64,000 nt of DNA from Acidimicrobiia bacterium (lineage in GTDB: Bacteria > Actinomycetota > Acidimicrobiia > Spongiisociales > JAENVV01). Position numbers and translations under genes: made by a program. Where the stretch lies: the NCBI GenBank assembly GCA_041577335.1, contig JBFGJH010000003.1:1-64000 (forward strand), written 5' to 3'. The first letter of the stretch is position 1. Every line of letters begins with the position of its first letter. The notes beneath the pieces are model-generated. The model had not been told where the DNA came from, made no database searches, and saw only the letters and a program-made list of their open reading frames with translations. Positions 1 to 9,183 of the stretch are shown in pieces.

Positions 1-1160
1 TCGGCTTGTTCAATCCGACCCCGAGTTTCATGGGGATCATCGGTGACATGCTGACGGCTGCGTTCAATCCGCAGCTGGCGGCCTGGAGCCATGCTCCTGC
101 GGCAGCGGAGATCGAGGCGTGGCTAATCCGATATCTCGGCGAGAGGATCGGCCTCGATGGTGACCTGGTGGGCTCGTTCACCAGTGGTGGAGCTGAGGCC
201 AATGCAACCGCCCTCCACCTTGCCCTCACTCGGGCCTTTCCCGGCCTCGGTGACGAGGGGCTGCGGGCTGTCGACGCCGACCCGGTGGTCTACGTGTCGT
301 CGGAGAGCCACCACGCATGGCTGAAGATCGCCCATGTTTGTGGCATAGGTCGCAGCGCCATCCGGTTTGTCCCAGTCGAGAGGGACCTCAGAATGAGCGT
401 GCCGGCTCTGCGGGAGGCCCTGGCGGGTGACCTGCGGGAGGGTCGACGCCCTGTGTTGGTGGCAGCGACTGCGGGAACGACGTCTGCCGGAGTCATCGAC
501 CCGCTGGCGGACGTTGCGAGCGTGGCCAAAGATCACGGAGCCTTCTTCCACGTCGACGCGGCGTGGGCCGGTGCCGCGGTTCTGTCCGATCAGCTGCGGA
601 CCCATCTACACGGGATCGAACAGGCCGACTCGGTGACGGTGGATGCCCACAAGTGGCTCTCCGTGCCGATGGGAGCCGGGATGTTCATCACTCGCCACCG
701 GGACCTTCTACTCGAGACCTACCGCGTCTCGACCGCCTACATGCCTGCCCGCGTCGACGCCGCAATCGACCCGTACACGAGTTCAAACCAGTGGTCCCGT
801 CGGTTCATCGGTCTGAAGCTGTTTCTGACACTTGTGACTGCGGGCCGGGAGGGATATTCCAACCAACTCGAACACGACGCCGGTATCGCAGACGAGCTAC
901 GTGCCGGCCTGGCCGCTGACGGCTGGCAGATCCTCAACCGAACGCCGCTCCCGGTGGTCTGTTTCGGCGACGCGAGCAAACCTCGGGATGCCGACCATCA
1001 CCAGCGGATCGTTGACGACATAGTGGCTTCGGGAAAGGCGTGGATCTCGACCACCAACCTCGCTGGTCGGCCCGCCATCCGGGCATGTATCACCAGCCAC
1101 CGCACCACGACCAAAAACATCGAAGCGCTCGTGAGACTGCTCAACGATGCTCGCACATAA
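1..1160 (+). CDS. PLP-dependent group II decarboxylase (aromatic amino acid/glutamate decarboxylase family), 5' end outside window
   Basis: FTSGGAEAN, ATAGTTSAGVIDPL, HVDAAWAG, DSVTVDAHKW (PLP Lys). Confidence 0.9.
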   Translation, partial: GLFNPTPSFMGIIGDMLTAAFNPQLAAWSHAPAAAEIEAWLIRYLGERIGLDGDLVGSFTSGGAEANATALHLALTRAFPGLGDEGLRAVDADPVVYVSSESHHAWLKIAHVCGIGRSAIRFVPVERDLRMSVPALREALAGDLREGRRPVLVAATAGTTSAGVIDPLADVASVAKDHGAFFHVDAAWAGAAVLSDQLRTHLHGIEQADSVTVDAHKWLSVPMGAGMFITRHRDLLLETYRVSTAYMPARVDAAIDPYTSSNQWSRRFIGLKLFLTLVTAGREGYSNQLEHDAGIADELRAGLAADGWQILNRTPLPVVCFGDASKPRDADHHQRIVDDIVASGKAWISTTNLAGRPAIRACITSHRTTTKNIEALVRLLNDART

Positions 1161-1376
1161 CGCTCAGAACGCCAACCGAAACTGGCGGCTCCCTGTGCAC
1201 GGGAATCGGCAGTCCCGAACGGTGATCGCGTCATGACGCAACCACACATATCGGTGGCATCGCAAGGCCTCGAGCTCCGCGAAGACCGCCGAAGAAGAGT
1301 ATGGCTCCCGGGGTCGCCCAAGTGACCCCGACGCACCACCGAAGCGGCGAAACCCGCTGAGCAGGCGTTCCACCAG

Positions 1377-1450
<74 letters not shown>

Positions 1451-1517
1451 CTGTGCTGGATAAAGGTAGCCGACCACCCCACGTTGGAAAAGACGACCGA
1501 GGGGATCTGGCTCCACT

Positions 1518-2318
1518 TCAGCTTTGGCAGGCCGGGCACCACCAGATGCTTCGTCCTCCCATTTTCGTCGAGAGGATCAACGTCTGGCAACGACGGCACG
1601 GCTGACCGTCACGCTGGTAGGCGTAGACCCTTTCACTCCGGTCCAAAGATCTGAGGCTCTTGGCTCCGACGTCGGCCGGGTCCACAGTGATGATGCGGCC
1701 GGCCTTCTCGCCCAGACGCAGCTGGCGGGTTGTCTCGTCCCACAGGCGTTCGACGTGGGGCTCGGACAGTTCCTGGGCCGGACGCCTCGGATCGATGCCG
1801 ACCAGGAAGAGAAGTTCGGCCCGGTAGACGTTGCCGATCCCAGCGACGACCTTTTGGTCGAGAAGCGCCGCCCCGATCGGGATGCTTCGTCGACTGAGAG
1901 AAGCAGCGAGACGATCGAGGTCGTCGCCCCGTCGAGCCAGCGGGTCTGGTCCGATGCGGCCTCGTATTCGCGCCTCGTCTTCGGGGTCGATCAGCTCGAC
2001 GATGGTGGCTCCGGCCAGGTACAGGGTCGATTCGCCGTCCGTCCATGCCAGGCGGGTGCCCTCGGTGGGAGGCGGCCCGTCGCCACGGAACCCCCGGAAC
2101 CTCCCGAACAGTCCGAGGTGAATGTGCAGGATTTCGAGCGGGTCGAATTCGTAGAAGAGGTGCTTGCCGGCTGCTCTCACATCGCTCAGCGTCGCTCCGT
2201 CGATCCGGGCTGCCCCGTCGACAAATCGGCCTTGCGGTGACCACGCCTTGATTCGCTGACCGGCAAAGCGCTGCCTGTGGAGCCGGGCAGCGCGATGAAT
2301 CGTGTGTCCTTCGGGCAT
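1518..2318 (-). CDS. nei: Fpg/Nei family DNA glycosylase/AP lyase
   Basis: N-terminal MPEG, GKHL, H2TH (LLDQKVVAGIGNVY), C-terminal zinc finger CRRC...CPACQ; TACCGT 6 nt before ATG. Confidence 0.93.
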   Translation of the reverse strand: MPEGHTIHRAARLHRQRFAGQRIKAWSPQGRFVDGAARIDGATLSDVRAAGKHLFYEFDPLEILHIHLGLFGRFRGFRGDGPPPTEGTRLAWTDGESTLYLAGATIVELIDPEDEARIRGRIGPDPLARRGDDLDRLAASLSRRSIPIGAALLDQKVVAGIGNVYRAELLFLVGIDPRRPAQELSEPHVERLWDETTRQLRLGEKAGRIITVDPADVGAKSLRSLDRSERVYAYQRDGQPCRRCQTLILSTKMGGRSIWWCPACQS

Positions 2319-2359
2319 TCCTTCACGGTACCGGCTACCCAAAAGAAACGTGAGCCGAG

Positions 2360-2850
2360 CCCCCCTACCCCCGCCCTAACGGGCGAAATCACGCGCTCTC
2401 GGGGCCGTACAGCGAGAGTGGATGGCCAATCTGGTTCTTCGTGCTGGGCACGAACGTCGCCTTGCCGCTCTGCTGCAAGCCTCCGCCCCCTCCGCTTTCG
2501 CCTAACGGCGAAACCACCTCCCCCAACGCTCGCGTTCGCTCGCTGGAGGAGGAAGCTGGCTCCTGCCTCCGTGCAGCTGTCAAGCAACTGCATTCGAGAG
2601 GCGAAGCGTTCTCGCCCCGACGACTTGATGTTCGCCTGGACGGTGGCAGCTCACACCAAATCGAACGCCATCGTGGTTGCCGCCGGAGGCGCCAACGCTC
2701 ACTCGGTTCGCTGGAGGAGGAAACGGGGGTTACACGGAGGTGTCGGGACCTGCGCCCGGCACCGACAGGATGAGTGCCGTCGAAGGGCGGCTCCTTCAGA
2801 CCGGAGCCGAGCGGAGGCGAGGCGCAGCCCAATCGGATCCTGATCCGATC
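2360..2850. repeat. Cluster of REP-like hairpins with an imperfect direct repeat
   Basis: CGCC(C)TAACG(G)GCG hairpins near 2372 and 2497; CCAACGCTC-N7/8-TCGCTGGAGGAGGAA at 2523-2554 and 2692-2722; further GC hairpins 2750-2810. Confidence 0.6.
2619..2690 (+). pseudogene. Short purH-like (AICAR transformylase domain) fragment
   Basis: Translates DDLMFAWTVAAHTKSNAIVVAAGG, resembling the PurH DLxFAWxxxKHxKSNAIV motif; no start or complete ORF. Confidence 0.65.
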
Positions 2851-2861
2851 GGAATCCCTTG

Positions 2862-2951
2862 CGGAGAGGGAGGGATTTGAACCCTCGAAGAGGCTTTAAA
2901 CCCCTTACTCGCTTAGCAGGCGAGCGCCTTCGACCACTCGGCCACCTCTCC
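2862..2951 (-). tRNA. tRNA-Ser(GCT)
   Basis: Reverse complement GGAGAGGTGGCCGAGTGGTCGAAGGCGCTCGCCT-GCT-AAGCGAG, long variable arm, GGTTCAAATCC T-loop, CCTCTCCG end. Confidence 0.97.
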
Positions 2952-3000
2952 CGGTTGTCGGCGGAAGGTTAGTCGCCACTCCGGAGGTGACTGCGGCCGG

Positions 3001-3834
3001 TCAGCCCGCCGCGATCAGGGCGGTGCCGGCCAGCGCTATCGCGATCCCCGATGCCTGGGTGCGTCCGATCGCTTCGTGATAGACGCTCCTTGCCAGCGCA
3101 ATGGTGATGATGGGATACAGCGATGACAGCACTGCCACGAGGCTGAGAAGGCCGGTTCTCAGTGCCAGGAGAAACGCGATATTTGCGCCCATGTCGAAGA
3201 TGCCGGCCCCGACCGCCAGCCGTCGGGCCGTGAGGGGCATGGCGGGCAGGGACGAGCCCAAGACGATTCCGGCGAGGATCAGGGTGGTGATGAGGCGGGC
3301 GGCCACCAGAGGCCAAAGCCCCGACGCCTCCGATACCCGATCGATGGCGATGAAGAAGCCGGCGAAACCGAGTCCAGCGACGATGCCGCCGTAGACCGCC
3401 TGGGTGGTGACTGGCTCGTCGTCGTGATGATGTTCGCGGGTGATGAGCGGCAATGCCACGATGGCGAGGAAGGCACCGACCGTGGCGACCCTGCCGGGCC
3501 GCTCTCCGATGGCGAGACCCACCACGAATGGCACGACCGCTCCGACAACCGCCGCGAGGGGAGCAACGACCCGCATGGGTCCGATCGCCATCGCCCAAAA
3601 GACCACCACGATCCCTATGACACCGCTGATCCCGGCGACGGATCCCCACAGGAGGTCGGTGCCGATGGGATTGCCCGGGACAACCAACGCTGCGACGAAC
3701 CCGATGGTCAAGCCGACACCGGCTGCGACCAAACCCACCGATATGGCCGGCGCCCTCTTGGCCGAGCTGGCTCCGAAGAAATCGCCGAACCCGTAACCGA
3801 CGGCGGAAAGCAGCCCTAGAAGGACCGCTCCCAT
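3001..3834 (-). CDS. DMT/EamA family transporter
   Basis: About 10 hydrophobic helices; GPMRVVAPL and LSSLYPIIT EamA-type motifs. Confidence 0.88.
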   Translation of the reverse strand: MGAVLLGLLSAVGYGFGDFFGASSAKRAPAISVGLVAAGVGLTIGFVAALVVPGNPIGTDLLWGSVAGISGVIGIVVVFWAMAIGPMRVVAPLAAVVGAVVPFVVGLAIGERPGRVATVGAFLAIVALPLITREHHHDDEPVTTQAVYGGIVAGLGFAGFFIAIDRVSEASGLWPLVAARLITTLILAGIVLGSSLPAMPLTARRLAVGAGIFDMGANIAFLLALRTGLLSLVAVLSSLYPIITIALARSVYHEAIGRTQASGIAIALAGTALIAAG

Positions 3835-4841
3835 CAGAGCAGGCTCTCCGGAAGGAGGTCGATGATTGCTTTGACATCCTCAGTCCGGTCCTTGTGCACG
3901 ACGAGGACGGCGTCCTCGGTTTCGACGATGATGAGATCCTCAACGCCAATCACCGCCACCGTGCGCCCCTCCCCTCGCACGTATGACCTATGGGTGTCGA
4001 GCAAGACCGCGGAGCCGGTAATGACGTTGCCGTCAGCGTCGGTGGGTCCGAGATCCAGGAGACTGCGCCATGTGCCCACGTCGCTCCAGCCCGCGTCGAG
4101 CGGGACCACCGCGGCTCGGTTGGTCTCTTCCATGACTGCATAGTCAATCGATTCCGACGGACACTCTTGCCAGTCGAGACGGGAGATGCTGCCGTCGGTC
4201 ACCGCCCCAGCGACTGCCTCGGCGATGTCAGGTCGATGCGACTGCAACTCCTCGAGATAGCGACCCGCTTTCATCACGAACATGCCCGAGTTCCACAGAT
4301 AGCCATCCTCGACATGGCGGGTGGCTGTCTCAGCGTCTGGCTTTTCCACGAACCGTGTGATCCGCCTCGTTGGCTCATTCAGCATGATTCCCGGTTCGAT
4401 GTAGCCAAACCCGGTGGCGGGGTTGCTCGGGACGATTCCAAATGCCACGAGCCATCCGTCCTCAGCTGCCGCGATGGCGTGATTGAGGGCTTCGACAAAA
4501 GCCGCCTCATCGTTGATCAGGTGGTCGGAAGGCAACACCACCATCACATCGTCCCCACGAAGATTGAGGGCCGCCGCGGCAATCGCGGGGGCGGTGTTGC
4601 GGCCATCCGGCTCGGCCAAGATGGCAGCGTCGGGAAGCTGCTGGTGGACGAGATCGACGTGTGCCTCGTTGCAAACCACGAGCGGGGGGCCGAGGTTGCC
4701 CACCGAGGCGAGGCGGCCAACGGTCACCGCCAGCAGGCTGTCGTCGCCGGTGACCGGCTGGAATTGCTTGGGAGCAGATTCACGAGACAGTGGCCACAGA
4801 CGGGTCCCTGCTCCGCCGCTGAGGATCACGGGGATGATCAC
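3834..4841 (-). CDS. manC: Mannose-1-phosphate guanylyltransferase
   Basis: VILSGGAGTRLWPLSR, PKQF, EPDGRNTAPA, PSDH, FVEKPD, WNSGMF, GWSDVGTW; no C-terminal PMI cupin; GTG start chosen at 4841. Confidence 0.92.
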   Translation of the reverse strand: MIIPVILSGGAGTRLWPLSRESAPKQFQPVTGDDSLLAVTVGRLASVGNLGPPLVVCNEAHVDLVHQQLPDAAILAEPDGRNTAPAIAAAALNLRGDDVMVVLPSDHLINDEAAFVEALNHAIAAAEDGWLVAFGIVPSNPATGFGYIEPGIMLNEPTRRITRFVEKPDAETATRHVEDGYLWNSGMFVMKAGRYLEELQSHRPDIAEAVAGAVTDGSISRLDWQECPSESIDYAVMEETNRAAVVPLDAGWSDVGTWRSLLDLGPTDADGNVITGSAVLLDTHRSYVRGEGRTVAVIGVEDLIIVETEDAVLVVHKDRTEDVKAIIDLLPESLL

Positions 4842-4845
4842 CGGC

Positions 4846-5664
4846 TCACTCGCCTGTGTAGTGAGGCGGCCGCTTCTCGGCGAATGCAGCCATGGCCTCC
4901 ATGAGATCGGACGACCGCAGGAAGGATGTATTCCACAGGGCCACGTATTCAAGGCCCTCGGCCACCGTGACATCTTGGCTCTTCTGCAGGATGTGTTTGG
5001 TTCCTTGCACCACCAACGGTGAGTTGTCGGCGATCTCTCGGGCGAGCTCGTAGGCGGCTTTCATGAGCTGTTCCTGATCGGCGTACACGTCGTTTACGAG
5101 GCCAATTGTTGCGGCTCGTTCAGCGTCGATGTCCTTGCCCGTGAACGCCAGTTCGTTGGCGTGGCCGGGAGCGATGACCCGAGGTAGACGTTGCAGGGTT
5201 CCGACATCGGCCACCATTGCAATCTTGGTTTCTCTCACCGAAAACACCGCGTCAGCAGAGGCAAGCCTGATGTCAGCAGCGGTGATGAGGTCGATGCCTC
5301 CTCCGAGGCAGTTCCCGTGGACGGCCGCGATCACCGGTTTGGGGCATTCGGCGACAGCGGTCATCGTCCATTGCATTGCCTTGACCATCGGGAGGAATGC
5401 CTTGGCTTGGGCTGCCGGGCTCGCTCCGGAGCTTCCTCCGAGGTCGGCGAACTCTCGGAGGTCGAGACCGGCTGTGAACGACGGACCCCGTCCAGCAATA
5501 ACGACAACGCGAACCGAGTCGTCGGTGCCCACCGATTCCATCGCCCTGGGGAGATCGGTCCAGAAATCCCGTCCCATGGCGTTGTGCTTTTCTGGGCGAT
5601 CCAGCCAGACGGTGGCAGTCGCGTTGTTGCGTTCGATCGTGATGACGTCCGAAGTGAATTCCAT
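4846..5664 (-). CDS. Enoyl-CoA hydratase/isomerase (ECH1/dienoyl-CoA isomerase-like)
   Basis: FTAGLDL, KPVIAAVHGNCLGGG, VRETKIAMVADVGTLQRLP; TAGGCT 6 nt before ATG. Confidence 0.92.
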   Translation of the reverse strand: MEFTSDVITIERNNATATVWLDRPEKHNAMGRDFWTDLPRAMESVGTDDSVRVVVIAGRGPSFTAGLDLREFADLGGSSGASPAAQAKAFLPMVKAMQWTMTAVAECPKPVIAAVHGNCLGGGIDLITAADIRLASADAVFSVRETKIAMVADVGTLQRLPRVIAPGHANELAFTGKDIDAERAATIGLVNDVYADQEQLMKAAYELAREIADNSPLVVQGTKHILQKSQDVTVAEGLEYVALWNTSFLRSSDLMEAMAAFAEKRPPHYTGE

Positions 5665-5884
5665 CGCAACAGCCTAGGCAGGCGGGTCGTAGCCGGCGCC
5701 GGCGGGCGTCTCGCCATGAAGCCCCAGCAGAGCCCCTGCCCCCAGATCGGTTCTCGTCGCCTTCGGCTTGGCGAGTCGGTTGGTCACCCAGGCCGCCACG
5801 CTGCATCGAGGTCGCTGACGGCGATGAGAAGTGACGGGCCGAGAAAGGCCCATCATCAAAACCACGGCGGGAATGGTCAATTGC

Positions 5885-6103
5885 CTACTTGACCGCAAAC
5901 GCCATCTTCATGGTCGCGTGATATTGGGTGACTTTGCCGTCTTTGACACGTGCGGTCATATTCTCGATTTCCACGCCGGTGATCCCTTGGACGGACTCGG
6001 CGGCCTTGGCGACGCCGCGCTGGATGGCGTCTTCGAATGACTCGTCTGAGATCCCGATGATTTCAATCACCTTGACGGCACCCTTGTCGATGTATTCGGC
6101 CAT
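5885..6103 (-). CDS. Dodecin family protein
   Basis: 72 aa, KVIEIIGISDESFEDAIQRGVAKAAESV; SD AAAGGAG. Confidence 0.88.
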   Translation of the reverse strand: MAEYIDKGAVKVIEIIGISDESFEDAIQRGVAKAAESVQGITGVEIENMTARVKDGKVTQYHATMKMAFAVK

Positions 6104-6176
6104 CGAAGCTCCTTTCGATCTTGCCGCAGCCTAGTTGGCGTCAAGCCGACCTCTCTGGGGGTACTGGACCGATCGG

Positions 6177-6602
6177 CTAGCGGGGAATCGGGTCGGAGTG
6201 GATGGCCTGCATCCGGTCGGCGAAGTGATCCGGCACGGGCCGTGGTTTCAGCGTGACCGGGTCAACCAGAACCTGAACGACGGTGCCCTCACAGACGATC
6301 GTGCCCTCGCCCGAGTTCCAAATGTTGATTTCGAACGTGATCGACGTCGAGCCGATTCTCTGGAGGCGAATGCCGGTCACGAGCTCGTTGCCCAGGCGGG
6401 CGGCCATCCGGAAGTCTGCAGCAGCGTGGGCGTTGACGACGTCGTAACCGTGCTCGTGCATTTCGTCCATGGTGAGGCCGGCTAGCTCGAACAGGTCCGT
6501 GAGCGCATCGTCGAAGTACACGAAGTAGTTGGCGTTGAAGACGATCCCCTGGGCATCTGTGTCCGAGTAGCGGACTTTTCGCTTGTAGGTCACCGGCCAC
6601 AT
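6177..6602 (-). CDS. Acyl-CoA thioesterase (4HBT/YbgC family)
   Basis: VRYSDTDAQGIVFNANY hotdog-fold motif. Confidence 0.9.
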   Translation of the reverse strand: MWPVTYKRKVRYSDTDAQGIVFNANYFVYFDDALTDLFELAGLTMDEMHEHGYDVVNAHAAADFRMAARLGNELVTGIRLQRIGSTSITFEINIWNSGEGTIVCEGTVVQVLVDPVTLKPRPVPDHFADRMQAIHSDPIPR

Positions 6603-6652
6603 GCGATGGAGCGTACATCGGCACGCTCCATCGCCGCCGAGTGGGTCGACCG

Positions 6653-7141
6653 CTATTCGGCGAGGATCGTCAGTACCTGCTTGCGTGTCTCGTCGAGGAG
6701 CTGGCGAATCTTCTCCGCCTGTTCCTCGTTGGCGGTCCGACCCAGGCTGCGTAGTACTTCAAGAAGTGCCATCCCGGAGGACCGCACCGAGGTTCCGCCT
6801 TCGCTCATGTCGCCGAATCGACTCTCGAAACGCTCCTTGGCTTCTTCGGCCGCCTCGGTTCCCTCAGGGGTGAGGGTGTATACCGTCTTGCCGTCTTCGG
6901 GGGTGGACGTAACGAGGTCTCGGTCACCCAACATCGCCAAGGTGGGGTAGATGGATCCCGGGCCTGGCGACCACCGGCCGCCTGTTCTTGCCTCGATCCG
7001 TTTGCCCAACTCGTAGCCATGGCCGGGCCCGTCGAGGAGTTCGACGAGCAGCGCGGCTCGAACAAAGCCCCGCTGTGCTCTGGCGCCCCCGAAACCTCCG
7101 TGGCGCATTCGATGATGTTTTCCTGCGTGTGTTCTATGCAC
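6653..7141 (-). CDS. PadR family transcriptional regulator with His/Gly-rich N-terminus
   Basis: HGYEL...WSPGPGSIYPTL...YTLTPEG; GTG start with SD GAAAGGA. Confidence 0.88.
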   Translation of the reverse strand: MHRTHAGKHHRMRHGGFGGARAQRGFVRAALLVELLDGPGHGYELGKRIEARTGGRWSPGPGSIYPTLAMLGDRDLVTSTPEDGKTVYTLTPEGTEAAEEAKERFESRFGDMSEGGTSVRSSGMALLEVLRSLGRTANEEQAEKIRQLLDETRKQVLTILAE

Positions 7142-7169
7142 GTTCTTCCTTTCGAGAATGCCTGTGAAC

Positions 7170-7188
7170 GTTATAACACGATATATCG
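7170..7188 (-). promoter_or_regulatory. Palindrome CGATATATCG beside an extended -10 (TGTTATAAC): probable PadR autoregulatory operator
   Basis: Perfect 10-bp palindrome 7179-7188 in an AT-rich patch directly upstream of the PadR gene. Confidence 0.6.
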
Positions 7189-7279
7189 CTACATATTCCA
7201 ACATTCTTCTGGGGAAAGAAGATAGGAGGACAGGGGGACGAGTGGTCGGGTGCGTTGGCCGCCTTCTGATTGGGTTGCC

Positions 7280-8428
7280 CTAGCGGTGGGCGGCGAACTG
7301 GACCACGTTGATGCGTCCGATGCGAAAGCCCGCTTCGCAATATGCCAGATAGCTCTTCCACATGCGGCGGAAGCGCTCGTCGAAGTCCTGCTTTCGGATC
7401 TCTGGCCATGCTTCATCGAATCGTTGGTGCCAGATGGCGAGGGTGCGAGCGTAGTCCAGGCCAAAGGCCTCTTCTGAATCCCAGTTGAGGCCCGCCTCGG
7501 CGACCATGGTTCTCAGAAGTGCGGGGGATGGCAACATGCCTCCCGGGAAGATGTAGCGCTGGATGAAGTCCGGGTTGGCCCGGTAGGAATCCCAGAATTC
7601 ATCCTTGATGATGATCGCCTGCATGGCCATCACGCCACCTGGTGCCAGAGAGCGGGCGATCATGTGGAAGAGCTCCTGCCACCTGGTTTCGTCGATCGAC
7701 TCGATCATTTCCACCGACACGACCCGGTCGAACGTGCCTTCGTGGTGGGCGAAGTCGAGAAGGTGTGCGTCGATCGTTCCGGAAACGGTCTCGTCGGCCA
7801 TCCGCGACTTCACATATGCCAGCTGCTCTTCCGCGATGGTGAGCGTGGTTACGTGGCATCCCATGCGAGCGAGGTGCAACGCAAATCCTCCCCACCCGGT
7901 CCCAATCTCCAAGATTCGCTGACCGGGGCGTATGTCGGCGATCGACACGAGTGATTGATATTTCGCATACTGGGCATCCTCGAGATCGGAGGCGAGGTCG
8001 AATCGAGCGGAAGAGTATGTCATCGAAGGGTCGAGCCACTTGGCATAGAAGTCGTTCCCGAGGTTGTAGTGGCTCGCCATCGTGTCCACGTTGGTGTGAC
8101 GGGTGTCGCGACGCCGGCTGGCGGCCCGGCCCCATTGATACAAGCGGGGTCGATCCTTCACCCAGGCTTGCTGGTTGGAAGCGGCAAACAAGAGGAATGT
8201 GGCCAGGTCATCGGTGTCGTACTCACGCTCCATATACGATTCGAGAAGACTGAGCGCACCACCCGCCAGCGCTCCGGCGATCACCCCGGGTACGTACAGC
8301 GTCACCGAAGCCTCCGGTCCCGGCTGCGACCCTTGCAGGACGGCCGTGGAACCGTCTGGGAAGGTCACGTCCAACCGGCCCAGCGAGATAGCTCTGCTCA
8401 GGATGGAGAGAGCGACTCGGTCCTTCAT
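7280..8428 (-). CDS. Cyclopropane-fatty-acyl-phospholipid synthase family methyltransferase (UfaM/UfaA1-like)
   Basis: HYNLGNDFY...DPSMTYSSA, LEIGTGWG SAM motif, FIQRYIFPGGMLPS, YLAYCEAGF. Confidence 0.92.
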   Translation of the reverse strand: MKDRVALSILSRAISLGRLDVTFPDGSTAVLQGSQPGPEASVTLYVPGVIAGALAGGALSLLESYMEREYDTDDLATFLLFAASNQQAWVKDRPRLYQWGRAASRRRDTRHTNVDTMASHYNLGNDFYAKWLDPSMTYSSARFDLASDLEDAQYAKYQSLVSIADIRPGQRILEIGTGWGGFALHLARMGCHVTTLTIAEEQLAYVKSRMADETVSGTIDAHLLDFAHHEGTFDRVVSVEMIESIDETRWQELFHMIARSLAPGGVMAMQAIIIKDEFWDSYRANPDFIQRYIFPGGMLPSPALLRTMVAEAGLNWDSEEAFGLDYARTLAIWHQRFDEAWPEIRKQDFDERFRRMWKSYLAYCEAGFRIGRINVVQFAAHR

Positions 8429-9183
8429 GCCACCTTTTCCATAGGCATTGACACTAGATCGGCCGGAGGGGCTCCACGAGACCGATAGGGAGCCCTCTTG
8501 AGGATGAGGCGGATCGCCTCATAGTGAATCCCGACGATGACTTTCACCGTCATGAGCGGCCGGCGGCCGAACAAGCGGAGCAGGTTGGAACTGGTCATGT
8601 CGAGGCGTTTGCCTTCGAGGGCGGCAGTGAGAAGGTGGCCATCCTTGTCGGCTACCCGGCTGGCTACCGTGACGCGCTCGGCCGGCGCCTGGAGACGGAA
8701 ACGGTAGGTGGCGTCGAGGTCGATGAAAGGCGAGACGAACAGTCGCTTGTTCCAGGGATGGTCGATCTTCCCGTCGATCACCGGCAACAGGTAGCTGTGG
8801 TACTCACCGAAGGTATTGGTGGTTTCGTAGAGCACTGCAGCCAGCTCGCCGTTGTCATCGTGGCAGTACCACACGGACAGCGGGTTGAATACGTAGCCGA
8901 GGATGCGGGGAAAGGTGAGGAGCTGGACCCTACCTCCAGCAATGTCGACTCCGTGCTCGGCGCATACTTTCTCGATCCACGGTCGCAAAGCGTTGCCGTC
9001 ACGTGGCCCGTAGTCGCTGTCTCTGAAAGAGAATAGGTTGAAGCGGTTGTGCGAATAGAAGCGGGGAAGGCTGTCGAGCTGATCGATGTCGAGCAACGAC
9101 CAGAACACCTTGTAGGTGAACCGATGGCGACGCGGCCGCACGCGATGATGCATGACGGAACCGTCGTAGAGGGCATGGTTCAT
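8425..9183 (-). CDS. DUF1365 protein (UfaO-like)
   Basis: HHRVRPRRHRFTY, PRILGYVFNPLSVWYC, NTFGEYHSY, KRLFVSPF; overlaps both neighbours. Confidence 0.9.
   Translation of the reverse strand: MNHALYDGSVMHHRVRPRRHRFTYKVFWSLLDIDQLDSLPRFYSHNRFNLFSFRDSDYGPRDGNALRPWIEKVCAEHGVDIAGGRVQLLTFPRILGYVFNPLSVWYCHDDNGELAAVLYETTNTFGEYHSYLLPVIDGKIDHPWNKRLFVSPFIDLDATYRFRLQAPAERVTVASRVADKDGHLLTAALEGKRLDMTSSNLLRLFGRRPLMTVKVIVGIHYEAIRLILKRAPYRSRGAPPADLVSMPMEKVA

Noticed and set aside
1161..1376. Possible island boundary at the tRNA-Arg 3' end
   Set aside because: No integrase, no duplicated tRNA end and no clear composition shift within the window
5674..5898. 74-aa ORF between the enoyl-CoA hydratase and dodecin genes
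   Set aside because: Weak codon bias and no recognisable family; possibly a decayed membrane-protein fragment
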